DNA from: a virus
Taxonomy: Duplodnaviria > Caudoviricetes
Virus record (IMG/VR): IMGVR_UViG_3300032235_000429
Coordinates: 1 to 34,305 of that record
Length of the DNA stretch: 34,305 nucleotides
Strand: one strand, 5' to 3'
The position numbers and the translations under genes were made by a program. Shown piece after piece: positions 10,066 through 19,527 of this stretch (positions within the stretch are counted from its first letter, which is position 1; each line of letters begins with the position of its first letter). A model generated the notes under the pieces. The model was not told the origin of the DNA. It was given only the letters and a program-made list of their open reading frames with translations, and ran no database searches.

Positions 10066-11484
10066 ATGACAAAAGATTATAACGCAGATATACAGAAACT
10101 ATTTTTAGAAATGATGATGGAAGATGCCAGTACCTATGTTAGGGTACAAAACATCTTTAACGCAGAAAACTTTGATAGAAGTTTAAGAGCCACTGCTGAG
10201 TTTATTAAAACACACAGCGATAGTCATCGCACACTGCCCACACGTGATCAAATACAAGCAGTCACAGGTGTAGAACTACGCCCAGTGCCCGATCTTGATA
10301 AAGGACACTATGATTGGTTTCTTGAAGAATTTGAAAGTTTCTGTCGTAGACAAGAACTAGAACGTGCTATTCTTAAAGCAGCAGACTTGATTGAGAATGG
10401 TGACTATGATCCAGTAGAAAAACTGATCAAGGATGCAGTACATATCAGTCTTACCAAAGACATGGGTACTGATTACTTTGCTGATCCCGCTGAACGTATC
10501 AACAAGTACTTTAATGCAGGTGGACAAGTAAGTACAGGATGGCCCAGTGTTGATAAACTGTTATATGGCGGATTCAGTAGAGGCGAACTAAACATCTTTG
10601 CAGGTGGATCGGGGTCAGGTAAGTCGCTAGTGATGATGAACATTGCCCTGAACTGGTTACAAGCAGGACTCAGTGGTGTTTATATAAGTTTAGAACTCAG
10701 TGAAGAACTTACAAGTCTAAGAACAGATGCTATGTTGGCCAGTATGAGTACCAAAGACATTCGCAAGGATATAGATACTGCCACACTCAAAGTCAAGATG
10801 GTGGGCAAGAAGTCCGGTAGCTATCAAGTTAAAGCATTGCCAGCACAGAGTAACATTAATGACATACGTGCTTTCTTGAAAGAATATCAAATACAAACAG
10901 GCAAGCAAGTGGACTTTATGATGATTGACTACTTGGACTTGTTGATGCCAGTAAGTGCCAAAGTGAGCCCAAATGACTTGTTTGTTAAGGACAAATATGT
11001 ATCAGAAGAACTACGTAATCTAGCCAAAGAGCTGGGCATATTAATGGTAACAGCTTCGCAGTTGAATCGCAGTGCTGTAGAAGAAGTAGAGTTTGACCAC
11101 AGTCATATATCGGGTGGTATATCTAAGATTAACACAGCAGATAACGTGTTTGGTATCTTTACCAGCAGGGCCATGAAAGAGCGTGGACGCTATCAAATAC
11201 AATGTATGAAATCGCGTAGCAGTACAGGTGTAGGCATGAAAGTGGACTTGGAATACAACATTGAAACCATGCGTATCACTGACCCAGGACTAGACAGCAA
11301 TGACGGCGGATACGGGGCTAAACCGTCAGCAATCATGGATCAAATCAAGAGTTCTAGCACACTTGCACCCACCACAGCCCGTCCCAAGCCTGGATTTGAC
11401 ATAGAAACCAAAGTGGTAACAGGTGGCGCTGACAGCACTAAATTGAAGCAAATGTTAGCAGGCCTAAAGAGCAAAGCCGACTAA
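10066..11484 (+). CDS. DnaB-like replicative helicase (T4 gp41-like)
   Basis: Walker A GGSGSGKS, ISLELSE, Walker B MIDYLDL, TASQLNR, KSR arginine finger. Confidence 0.95.
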   Translation: MTKDYNADIQKLFLEMMMEDASTYVRVQNIFNAENFDRSLRATAEFIKTHSDSHRTLPTRDQIQAVTGVELRPVPDLDKGHYDWFLEEFESFCRRQELERAILKAADLIENGDYDPVEKLIKDAVHISLTKDMGTDYFADPAERINKYFNAGGQVSTGWPSVDKLLYGGFSRGELNIFAGGSGSGKSLVMMNIALNWLQAGLSGVYISLELSEELTSLRTDAMLASMSTKDIRKDIDTATLKVKMVGKKSGSYQVKALPAQSNINDIRAFLKEYQIQTGKQVDFMMIDYLDLLMPVSAKVSPNDLFVKDKYVSEELRNLAKELGILMVTASQLNRSAVEEVEFDHSHISGGISKINTADNVFGIFTSRAMKERGRYQIQCMKSRSSTGVGMKVDLEYNIETMRITDPGLDSNDGGYGAKPSAIMDQIKSSSTLAPTTARPKPGFDIETKVVTGGADSTKLKQMLAGLKSKAD

Positions 11485-11506
11485 ATATCTAATATTGGAG
11501 TAAATC

Positions 11507-11755
11507 TTGCAGAAGCGTACTCGTAGCATATTAGACGAACTTGATAGTTTGCTTGTACACAAGGACAAAGATAACCTTGTGGAAAGCCGCGCAAATCATG
11601 TCATTTTGGGTGCTATAAATCTAGTTAATTACATTCGTGAAAACTATGACGCTGAGCAAGCCGCAGAGCTCGAGCGTCGTTTAATCAACAGTATACGCAG
11701 CCAGGACTCCACAAAATTTACTCGTGGAGTTCGGAGAATGCGTAATGAAGATTAA
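11507..11755 (+). CDS. Hypothetical protein
   Basis: 82 aa helical ORF with TTG start after GGAG; CTAAATA at 11481. Confidence 0.7.
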   Translation: MQKRTRSILDELDSLLVHKDKDNLVESRANHVILGAINLVNYIRENYDAEQAAELERRLINSIRSQDSTKFTRGVRRMRNED

Positions 11756-12725
11756 TGAGCTAGTTCTAAAAAATAGATTTGTCGTTGAAGCTGGCCCAGT
11801 ACCCCCAGTACAAGATACTACAGCAGCACCTGCTGCTACTACAACACCCGCAGCACCAAAACCACCAGCAGCACCAGCAGCAAAGGGACCAGGACTATGG
11901 GATCAGATTAAACAAGGCGCAAATAAACTTCAAGCAGGTATAGCCGGAGCAAAAGCTGGTTATACTAGTAGCCAAGCTCAACAAGTTGGTCAAGCTGAAG
12001 CAGAAGAAATTGGCTCTATGTACTTTAAAAAGTGGAATAGTGCAATTGGGCAAAATCCTGCACTTAATACAGCGGCAAATTTACAGGCGTTTATGCAAAA
12101 CAGTACTAAAAAATCTGGCATAAAAGTTCCGCCACCACCAGCTGGAGAATTAAATCCTGCGGTTACATCAAAATATATTATTGATGTTATCGGGAAAAGT
12201 TTTGCAGCGACAGATTTAGGACTGCCATCAGAGAGACAGGACGACACTGCACCACAGCAACCTGAAGGTCCAAAATTCGCTCCTGGTGTATCAATTACCA
12301 ACGACGAACCAATAATGATCAAGTTTAAAAACACTGACTATACATTAAATGATCAAGGTCAGTGGACACCAGCAACTGCTCCAAATAAACTGGCCAATCA
12401 AGCAATGGCAGCATTTTTAGATAAACAACACGACATATACTTAAACTCACAACCAGCTGCTACTACACCAGCTGCTACTACACCAGCTGCTACTACACCA
12501 GTTGCTACTACACCAGCTGCTACTACACCAGCTGCTACTGATACACAAACACAACAACAAGTACAACCACCTGTAGAAAAAGGTTATGGAGATCAAAGTA
12601 TATCTCCAACTGAAGTAAACGTAAACTATAAAAATAAAGTTGATGACTTAATTAAACAGGCTGGTACCGATACAGAAAAAATAAAATCCTTAATAGCAGC
12701 ATTACAACAAGGAACACCAGCATGA
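11745..12725 (+). CDS. Hypothetical Pro/Ala/Thr-rich protein, probable internal virion protein
   Basis: Start MKINEL after GGAG; low-complexity linkers. Confidence 0.7.
   Translation: MKINELVLKNRFVVEAGPVPPVQDTTAAPAATTTPAAPKPPAAPAAKGPGLWDQIKQGANKLQAGIAGAKAGYTSSQAQQVGQAEAEEIGSMYFKKWNSAIGQNPALNTAANLQAFMQNSTKKSGIKVPPPPAGELNPAVTSKYIIDVIGKSFAATDLGLPSERQDDTAPQQPEGPKFAPGVSITNDEPIMIKFKNTDYTLNDQGQWTPATAPNKLANQAMAAFLDKQHDIYLNSQPAATTPAATTPAATTPVATTPAATTPAATDTQTQQQVQPPVEKGYGDQSISPTEVNVNYKNKVDDLIKQAGTDTEKIKSLIAALQQGTPA
12453..12539 (+). repeat. 15-bp coding tandem repeat (ccagctgctactaca) x ~5.8 encoding PAATT
   Basis: Read directly; fourth copy has one C>T change (PVATT). Confidence 0.95.
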
Positions 12726-14518
12726 AAATAGTAGAAGTTGATCGCAGAGTCGGTCTATACGAAACATTAGATCATTCATACAAGAATACCTACAAGCTAT
12801 GGGAAAGTGCTGGTTATGTATTAAAAGAGTTTGCTCTTGATGATACACAGATTAAACAATTATTTGCACAGATAGAAAAAGATTTATCAGTAGACGGAAA
12901 GAATCGTACTGCTATTGGTAAAGGCATTGACACCGCCACTGCAGCAGGTAAAGCTGTCAAGAAAGCATACGATGAGCTAGTTGACCAAGTACAAAATTCT
13001 GCACCAATGAAAAATGCAGATGCCCAGTATGATCAAGTGGTTGCACAATTAAAAGCAGCCACAGGCGGTGATCAGGGTGTAATGAAGTATGTACAAAAGT
13101 ACAGAGACTTTGCAACTAAACATCCTGTTGCACAAAGTTTTATCTATGCAGCACTTATTGCTGCAGCCGGTATCAGTGGTGCAGGCCTAGGTGGTGCAGC
13201 AGTACTGGGTCTATTAAAAATGACCGACAGGTTATTGCAAGGCGATAAGTTTAGTTCAGCACTAGGCAAAGGTGCAATGACTGGTGCCACTGCATTAGCA
13301 GCAGGACAAGTTGGACAAGCATTACAAGGTGCAGATGCAGGATATCAAGTTGGTGCAGATGGTCCTGCCGCTGCGCCTGGACAGTTTGATGTAGCACCAC
13401 CACCTCCACCAGGCACTGATGTAGTTGATGCTGCAGCACAAACAGCCGTAGATGCCGGAAAAGAAGGTGCCAAGAGTGCAGCCAGCACCGCAGCCACTAA
13501 TCGTGTAGCTGGTGCAGCGGCTGATACAGCCACAACTGTAGCACAAGGTGCCGGCGCTGAAATGTTTAAAGGCCTGGCTACAGACTCAATGGCTGATGCT
13601 ACAATCAAGAGAATCGCTGATAGTATTGCCGCTGGGCAACTGTCTACTGCTGATCTACAGCATTTACAGGCTTCACAAGGTTTCATTGCCAATGCACTGA
13701 ATAATGCAGATCCTGCACGAGAAGCAGCACTTACAGCACATTACAATTTACTAGATAAAATGCTTCGTGCAGCAAACGATATTACAGTCAAAGAATCCCG
13801 CGCCAGATATATTGACAAAGATTCAACAGTCCGACATTGGGCATTAAATGAAAGTCTAGGACGTAAGCGTGGAGGCATACGTTTAACCGAAACCGGTGTA
13901 CGTCGTATATTTGAAGTGGCTGCCAATGAAGGCGTAATGGACGCAATTAAAGGCGTAGCTTCAAAAGCCGGTGCAGCAATAGCCCAAACTGGTAAAAATA
14001 TTACTACCAAAATCACAGCAGACAAGTTACAATCAGCATGGGACAAAACTGGTAATCCACCCGACAGTGTGGCAATAGAACAGTTCTTACAGCAACAGGG
14101 TGTTGATGCTGACACAGTAGCAAAGTCTATGCAAGCGATTGGGCTACAAGCATCAGGAGTTAAACCTGGACAAAAAATAGAACCTACAATGACTGGTAAT
14201 ACACCAGCACCTGAAGCAACACCTAAAGTTGAACCAACTACAGCAGCAGCTCCTGAACCAGAGGCAACCCCTGAACCAACTGCAGCAGTAACTACTGAAC
14301 CAAAGCCGGATTATTCTGGAGGACAACAGCAAGCGAGTGCCGCTAATGCTCCAAAAGCAGCATTGCCTGCACCAGACAAAGAAATGGCAACAATAGCTGC
14401 AAGTTTATCACAGCAAGAAAAAGATGCTCTTATTGCTCAATTGCAAGCAATGTTACCAACAGCTGAACCAGCACCAGCGACAGAAAGTTTCCGCAGATTA
14501 GATAGAATTATAAAATGA
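12722..14518 (+). CDS. Hypothetical Ala-rich helical protein with Gly/Ala hydrophobic segments, probable internal/ejected virion protein
   Basis: 598 aa; ATGA overlap with upstream gene; FIYAALIAAAGISGAGLGGAAVLGLL segment. Confidence 0.7.
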   Translation: MKIVEVDRRVGLYETLDHSYKNTYKLWESAGYVLKEFALDDTQIKQLFAQIEKDLSVDGKNRTAIGKGIDTATAAGKAVKKAYDELVDQVQNSAPMKNADAQYDQVVAQLKAATGGDQGVMKYVQKYRDFATKHPVAQSFIYAALIAAAGISGAGLGGAAVLGLLKMTDRLLQGDKFSSALGKGAMTGATALAAGQVGQALQGADAGYQVGADGPAAAPGQFDVAPPPPPGTDVVDAAAQTAVDAGKEGAKSAASTAATNRVAGAAADTATTVAQGAGAEMFKGLATDSMADATIKRIADSIAAGQLSTADLQHLQASQGFIANALNNADPAREAALTAHYNLLDKMLRAANDITVKESRARYIDKDSTVRHWALNESLGRKRGGIRLTETGVRRIFEVAANEGVMDAIKGVASKAGAAIAQTGKNITTKITADKLQSAWDKTGNPPDSVAIEQFLQQQGVDADTVAKSMQAIGLQASGVKPGQKIEPTMTGNTPAPEATPKVEPTTAAAPEPEATPEPTAAVTTEPKPDYSGGQQQASAANAPKAALPAPDKEMATIAASLSQQEKDALIAQLQAMLPTAEPAPATESFRRLDRIIK

Positions 14519-15267
14519 TAACATTAAAAGAAGGCGGCAATGTATTTCCTGATGTAGTAGATATTAAAAAGGAATACGCAAAGGATTTGATCAACAGCAT
14601 TAAACAGTTGTTGCCTGGCTTTGATCTGCAGTTTGATATTGGCAGTGTTGGTTACAAAGTACAATCCGGAGACATGGATGTGTTTATGGACCAAGATCAA
14701 GTTGTCGCCAAGTTTAAGTCCAAAGATGAAAAAACTGCTAAACAAAGTCTAGCACAGTTCGTACAAGCAAAAGGATTTGAAACTGCAGTCAAAGGACGTA
14801 ATGTGCATGTACGTATGCCCTTGCCAGATGGCACATTTGCACAAGTGGACCTAATGGTTATTCCAGACTCTGCAGATGTAGCACCTTGGCATCAACATGG
14901 TCCACGTGGCAGTTATGATGATCCTGCATTCAAAGGCTCACAGAACTTTATCCTAATGAACAGCATTGGCAAAGCACTGGGCTTGAAGTTTGATGCATTT
15001 GGTGGTAAACTACTGCGTCGTGACAACAATGAAGTAGTGGCACGTAGCCGCGATGATGTAGCCAAGATATTATTAAATCCTAATGCTACTGGCAATGATC
15101 TTAACAGTGTTAAGACTATTATGCGAGCCTTGGAGAATGATCCAAAGAAAGATGCTAAACTAGCACAAGCTAGAGAAGATGCAGCAAAAGGACTTATTAC
15201 ACTATCTGAATCAGTACAGCCAGGTAGCACACAATGGATGAAACAGATTAGCGAGATGTTTAAATGA
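14515..15267 (+). CDS. Putative Pol-beta-superfamily nucleotidyltransferase
   Basis: IGSVGYKVQSGDMDVFM fits hGS-x-DhD, with a third carboxylate in AQVDLM. Confidence 0.65.
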   Translation: MITLKEGGNVFPDVVDIKKEYAKDLINSIKQLLPGFDLQFDIGSVGYKVQSGDMDVFMDQDQVVAKFKSKDEKTAKQSLAQFVQAKGFETAVKGRNVHVRMPLPDGTFAQVDLMVIPDSADVAPWHQHGPRGSYDDPAFKGSQNFILMNSIGKALGLKFDAFGGKLLRRDNNEVVARSRDDVAKILLNPNATGNDLNSVKTIMRALENDPKKDAKLAQAREDAAKGLITLSESVQPGSTQWMKQISEMFK

Positions 15268-16394
15268 GAGCAACAGATTTAGTAGAAGCAGCACAACCCA
15301 AGATAGGTCGTGAGTTCAATCACTTGGAAGACCTAGTATTTGCTGAAGGGTCTGCAGGCGCAGCTCGTGCATTTGAATATCTCTCACACATGGCCACAGA
15401 AGCCACAGGCCGAGACTACAGCTTAAAGTGGGACGGCAATCCCACAGTGTATTGGGGTCGTGAGTCAGATGGCACATTTATATTTGTGGGCAAGAATAAT
15501 TGGGACAAAGCAGATCAAGGTGGCTTTGCTACTAGTCCAGAAGAATTAAAGAGCTTTATTATGAGCCGTGGTAAAGGTGAAGATTGGCGTGCCAAGTTTG
15601 CCGAAGACCTAGCTGATTGCTGGCACATATTTGAAGCAGGTACTCCCGAGAACTTCCGTGGTTACTTCTATGGTGATTTATTATTTTACCCAGGCAAGCC
15701 ATTTGACACAGCAAAACAGCAGTTGGTGTTTACTCCTAACAAAGTAACTTATCAGGTTCCTGTAGAACAAGAACTAGGCTTGATGTTGTTTAGAGCCAAA
15801 GCGGCTGTGGTAGTACACAAATATTTAAAGAAATTTGGCGACAAAGACGAAGGCAAAATGCCCAAAATGCAAAAGTTTAAAACCAGCGAAGGACTATACT
15901 ATCCCTCAGCAAGTAGTCAACTTGCTATATTAGGACCTTACTTTGCAGATGCGGGTGCCAAGATAGATCCTGCGTATCTTAAACAAATTAAGCAGCAGTA
16001 TATGACCAAGCCCGTACTCACAGCTATTGATAACTTCTTGGCCGGAGTACCAGGACTAAGCAATCCGGGCGGTGATATATACACCTTTGTAAACTCACAA
16101 AGTAAATCAGGAAACTTATCAGGACTTGCACAACATTTTCCTGAATGGGCTAGAACTAATCTAGGCCCTAAAAAACTACAGGCATTTGCTGAAAAAATCG
16201 CTACAAACCCCAAAGGATTAAGTGCCATGTTTGCTTTAATTGAAGCAATTAGAGACGTTAAAAACAATGTTATTGATCAATTAGATCAACAAACACCGCA
16301 AATACGTACTCAAACTGGCGATCAACCAGGTGGAGAAGGTTGGGTTTACAGGGATACTAAGCTAGTACCAAGGCATCGTTGGAAGCCAGATTAA
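15264..16394 (+). CDS. Putative RNA-ligase-like covalent nucleotidyltransferase (resembles DUF6267 as I recall it)
   Basis: HLEDL; motif I SLKWDG (K55); III FYGDLLF; IV GEGWVY; V TKLVPR. Confidence 0.6.
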   Translation: MRATDLVEAAQPKIGREFNHLEDLVFAEGSAGAARAFEYLSHMATEATGRDYSLKWDGNPTVYWGRESDGTFIFVGKNNWDKADQGGFATSPEELKSFIMSRGKGEDWRAKFAEDLADCWHIFEAGTPENFRGYFYGDLLFYPGKPFDTAKQQLVFTPNKVTYQVPVEQELGLMLFRAKAAVVVHKYLKKFGDKDEGKMPKMQKFKTSEGLYYPSASSQLAILGPYFADAGAKIDPAYLKQIKQQYMTKPVLTAIDNFLAGVPGLSNPGGDIYTFVNSQSKSGNLSGLAQHFPEWARTNLGPKKLQAFAEKIATNPKGLSAMFALIEAIRDVKNNVIDQLDQQTPQIRTQTGDQPGGEGWVYRDTKLVPRHRWKPD

Positions 16395-16413
16395 GCACAA
16401 TTTTTATATTTGG

Positions 16414-16421
16414 CATAAATA
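16414..16421 (+). promoter_or_regulatory. Late-type promoter CATAAATA
   Basis: Intergenic; upstream of AGGAG and ATG 16462. Confidence 0.55.
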
Positions 16422-16461
16422 TTTACAAGCGCGAAAGCGTATATAATTCAGGAGAAATAAA

Positions 16462-16896
16462 ATGGCAACAGTAAACAGAGTAAATGGCGATAGCCAACTA
16501 GTAGTTAACGTTGGTGACAGTCTAACAAGAAATGCAAATGCTAGAATCATCAACACAGGTATTGCTAGCCCAATCACAGCTTATAAAGTAGCTTTCACAG
16601 CACTAACAGCTAACTTAGCAGCTGAACTAGGCGCACCAAACGGTTCTGGTGTTCCAGGTGCAATTGAAACTATCATAAACGATTTAAGCTCAAATGCAAC
16701 GATCCTAGCGTATCAAATTGATGCAGCTACAGTTGCTAGCGGTACACAGCAGATCAGCATTATTGCAGAACGTGCAGCAATGAGCGCAGCTGACTTTACA
16801 ACAATCCTAAATGCTTCCGGTAACATCGGTAGCCGCGGTAATGTTTGGGGTGGCAATGCTACAGTTACAACTAGCGCCGGTATCAAGTTTGCTTAA
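16462..16896 (+). CDS. Probable abundant virion structural protein
   Basis: 144 aa Ala/Asn/Thr-rich; own promoter, strong SD and terminator. Confidence 0.65.
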   Translation: MATVNRVNGDSQLVVNVGDSLTRNANARIINTGIASPITAYKVAFTALTANLAAELGAPNGSGVPGAIETIINDLSSNATILAYQIDAATVASGTQQISIIAERAAMSAADFTTILNASGNIGSRGNVWGGNATVTTSAGIKFA

Positions 16897-16912
16897 TTAA
16901 GTCAAACTTAAC

Positions 16913-16941
16913 AAAAAGGCACTTTCGTAGTGCCTTTTTTT
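16913..16941 (+). terminator. Intrinsic terminator
   Basis: aaaaaggcact-ttcgt-agtgccttttttt hairpin with U tract. Confidence 0.9.
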
Positions 16942-16946
16942 ACGGC

Positions 16947-16954
16947 TATAAATA
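16947..16954 (+). promoter_or_regulatory. T4-late-like promoter TATAAATA
   Basis: Exact consensus right after the terminator, 5 nt before ATG 16960. Confidence 0.65.
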
Positions 16955-16959
16955 CTAGC

Positions 16960-17391
16960 ATGGATTACGTTACTGGATTTACTTTGGTTGATATTACTCG
17001 TACTGGCGTTACTCACAACCGCCCCGAGCACGAACATCAACGCAATCAACAGCGTAACTGGGAAACAGTTATACAATGCATGGGCCTACGTACACAACCC
17101 ATGGACATTCAAGGCCCAAAAACAATAGAAATGTATATAGATGAAGATACTTTTGGCGAGATGTATCAAGGACGTCAGCGAGTATGGTGTTGGACTTTTT
17201 ATGCAGAGCGTACCGGCACATGGGCAGAAGATACTGACGAGCTAGCACTGCTACATAAAGATTTCAATGAAGTTCCCATTATTCAAGGGCTAAACGAAAC
17301 AGCTCGTTTTATATTACCAATATTTTATACCAAAGGTGCCATTAAAAACGTGTTTTTTAAATTAGGCCGCTTAGACTTAAATAGCATTTAA
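16960..17391 (+). CDS. Hypothetical phage protein
   Basis: Start moved to ATG 16960 because 16930 lies inside the terminator; TLVDITRTG...QQRNWET. Confidence 0.75.
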   Translation: MDYVTGFTLVDITRTGVTHNRPEHEHQRNQQRNWETVIQCMGLRTQPMDIQGPKTIEMYIDEDTFGEMYQGRQRVWCWTFYAERTGTWAEDTDELALLHKDFNEVPIIQGLNETARFILPIFYTKGAIKNVFFKLGRLDLNSI

Positions 17392-17408
17392 TTACTTAGG
17401 AATTTGCC

Positions 17409-17666
17409 ATGGCTGTAGAATTAGAAAAACAAAACCTTGAAACGCATGTGGAACTGTGTGCCCTGCGTTATTCCAACCTAGAAACCAAACTAAACAATCT
17501 AGAGGAAAAAGTAGAAAAACTAGAGGAACATATCGTATTCATTAGAGACCGTCTCAGCGCCGCTCCAGAATCATCAAACAAAACATTAATCACAATTGGA
17601 ACCACAATCATAGGCGTACTAATTTCTGGCATCATTATACTACTAGTTAACTTTATCAACAAATAA
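17409..17666 (+). CDS. Coiled-coil protein with C-terminal transmembrane helix
   Basis: Heptads LETKLNNLEEKVEKLEE followed by LITIGTTIIGVLISGIIILLV. Confidence 0.75.
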   Translation: MAVELEKQNLETHVELCALRYSNLETKLNNLEEKVEKLEEHIVFIRDRLSAAPESSNKTLITIGTTIIGVLISGIIILLVNFINK

Positions 17667-17668
17667 AA

Positions 17669-17875
17669 ATGAAAATTGTAGAACTCTTAAATAAGATTAG
17701 CGTACCTATTACCAACGAAGAAGCCGAAGTACTAGAAATGTTTGAAGATGACAAAGTAGTACAGCGACAGGACCTATCACCTAGAGAGACAATACTAGCA
17801 AACCAACTAGTAAACAAAGACATATTATATAGAAAACATGAAACCGGGCGCACGACATATAAAAAGAAAACATAA
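17669..17875 (+). CDS. Hypothetical small protein
   Basis: 68 aa, tightly packed in operon. Confidence 0.7.
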   Translation: MKIVELLNKISVPITNEEAEVLEMFEDDKVVQRQDLSPRETILANQLVNKDILYRKHETGRTTYKKKT

Positions 17876-18407
17876 ACCCAAGTCCTACGAAAAGTTGGGC
17901 TTTACTCGAGATCAAATTGAACAAGCAGCAGACGCAACAACACAATTCTTAAAAGCATGGACTGATAGAGAACTTCAAGATCTAGTACTAAATCAAAAAA
18001 TACCCGTGTGTCTACCCATTGGTGACCGCGGGTTTTTAATTGGCAGATACCGTATGTATCCTGTAGGAAAACATACTTGGCGTGTATTAGATAATAACCA
18101 AGAATTTGTGCATGATTTTAGCCGTAAGTTAAGCGCAGTATTTTACTGTTTAACTACTCAATTAAATAAGTTAAACCTAGCTAGAGAGATTCTAACAGCA
18201 GATACAGCAGTGGGAAAACTAGAGCTGGACCAGGACTACTATATGTACTCCATAAAGAACTATACCAAAAAACAGGACTTTTTTCGTGTGGATCTAGCAA
18301 AATTGCGTTATATACAGGCCGAACACGAGCTTAGATTTGCAAATCAAGAATTAGAAAAAACCATAAATACTGCTAAATATTTGAAAGTACAGGAAAGACT
18401 ACTATGA
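17838..18407 (+). CDS. Hypothetical protein
   Basis: 189 aa; ATGA overlap with next gene. Confidence 0.7.
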   Translation: MKPGARHIKRKHKPKSYEKLGFTRDQIEQAADATTQFLKAWTDRELQDLVLNQKIPVCLPIGDRGFLIGRYRMYPVGKHTWRVLDNNQEFVHDFSRKLSAVFYCLTTQLNKLNLAREILTADTAVGKLELDQDYYMYSIKNYTKKQDFFRVDLAKLRYIQAEHELRFANQELEKTINTAKYLKVQERLL

Positions 18408-19108
18408 AATTATCAGAAATGAACAGCAAGCCAACTGCTAAAAAACTAAACAAAGTTGTTGAGAGTCGCTTTGGTTACGCTCTAGACTTTGACAAATTGA
18501 CCTTTAAAAAGGCCTATAAAATTGCTAGCGGCTTGACTGAAAGCATCAACAAGATCAAGCGTACACACGGTGCTCAAGCAGTAGAGCAAAATCCAGCCTA
18601 CATGGAAATGATGATGGTGCGTGAAAGCATTCATCGTTGGATGACTGAGAATCATACACAGTACATTGCAGAAAGCGAAATGGCCAAATCAGAAGCTATT
18701 CTTGCTGCCAAGGACATGGTTGATTCTGTACAAGACATGTTAGAAAAAATCAGCAAAATGCAAAGCGAACAAATGCCTGCACTGTTAGATACTATCCGTG
18801 ATCAAATTGGCGCAGACAAAGCTGAAACATTCAAGCAGCAAATGACTCCATTGCTAGGCGAGTTAATGACTCAACTGACCTCAGCACGTGAAACAGCAGA
18901 CGGCGCAAGTCGTGGTCTAGCTGGCGAACAAGTTGCACAGCCAATGGGCATGGGCGGCGCAGCACCAGGCGGTATGCCAGGAGCAGACGCAGGTATGCCT
19001 TCAGAACCAGGCAGTGACATGGGCCCAGAAGAACCAGCTGGTGATGAATTTGCAGCAACAGACGCAGCAGCAGGTGGCGCAGAAGAACTAGGCAGAGAGC
19101 TTCGTTAA
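18404..19108 (+). CDS. Hypothetical helical protein, possible prohead core/scaffold-type
   Basis: Coiled-coil centre, acidic Gly/Pro/Met tail; CATAAATA at 18362. Confidence 0.6.
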   Translation: MKLSEMNSKPTAKKLNKVVESRFGYALDFDKLTFKKAYKIASGLTESINKIKRTHGAQAVEQNPAYMEMMMVRESIHRWMTENHTQYIAESEMAKSEAILAAKDMVDSVQDMLEKISKMQSEQMPALLDTIRDQIGADKAETFKQQMTPLLGELMTQLTSARETADGASRGLAGEQVAQPMGMGGAAPGGMPGADAGMPSEPGSDMGPEEPAGDEFAATDAAAGGAEELGRELR

Positions 19109-19527
19109 TGCGTTTTCATGAATTCATTACAGAAGCACCCGGCATTGATGGCTTAGTTGAAGACGAGGCTCAAGATCCAGCGATCTTGAGTCTTATTGAT
19201 ATACTAGATCAATGGCGTTTCCGCAGTGGTAACTTGCATACCGTTCCAAAAATTCGTGCAGCATCTTTAATTAATCTTGTCAAGAAAGAACATCCACAGT
19301 TCAATCTTGAAACTTTGGAAAAAGCCAAAGCCAACAACGACATGATTAAAAATCTAATCAAAGATATCAAAGATGATGACGCTGGCGTAAAGTACATTTA
19401 CTTGACACCAGTTCCCGGCGAAGAATCCAGCAGTGAAACCGAAGTTGGCGACGCTGGTGCACCAAAAGCACCAGCTGAAAAGATCGTAGGATCTATGGCT
19501 AAATCGGCTCTTGCAAGTCGTAGTTAA
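19108..19527 (+). CDS. Hypothetical protein, probable internal head protein
   Basis: N-terminus MRFHEFITEA resembles the T4 IPIII capsid-targeting sequence MKTYQEFIAE. Confidence 0.65.
   Translation: MRFHEFITEAPGIDGLVEDEAQDPAILSLIDILDQWRFRSGNLHTVPKIRAASLINLVKKEHPQFNLETLEKAKANNDMIKNLIKDIKDDDAGVKYIYLTPVPGEESSSETEVGDAGAPKAPAEKIVGSMAKSALASRS

Noticed and set aside
12453-12539. CRISPR array
   Set aside because: No spacers; it is an in-frame coding tandem repeat.
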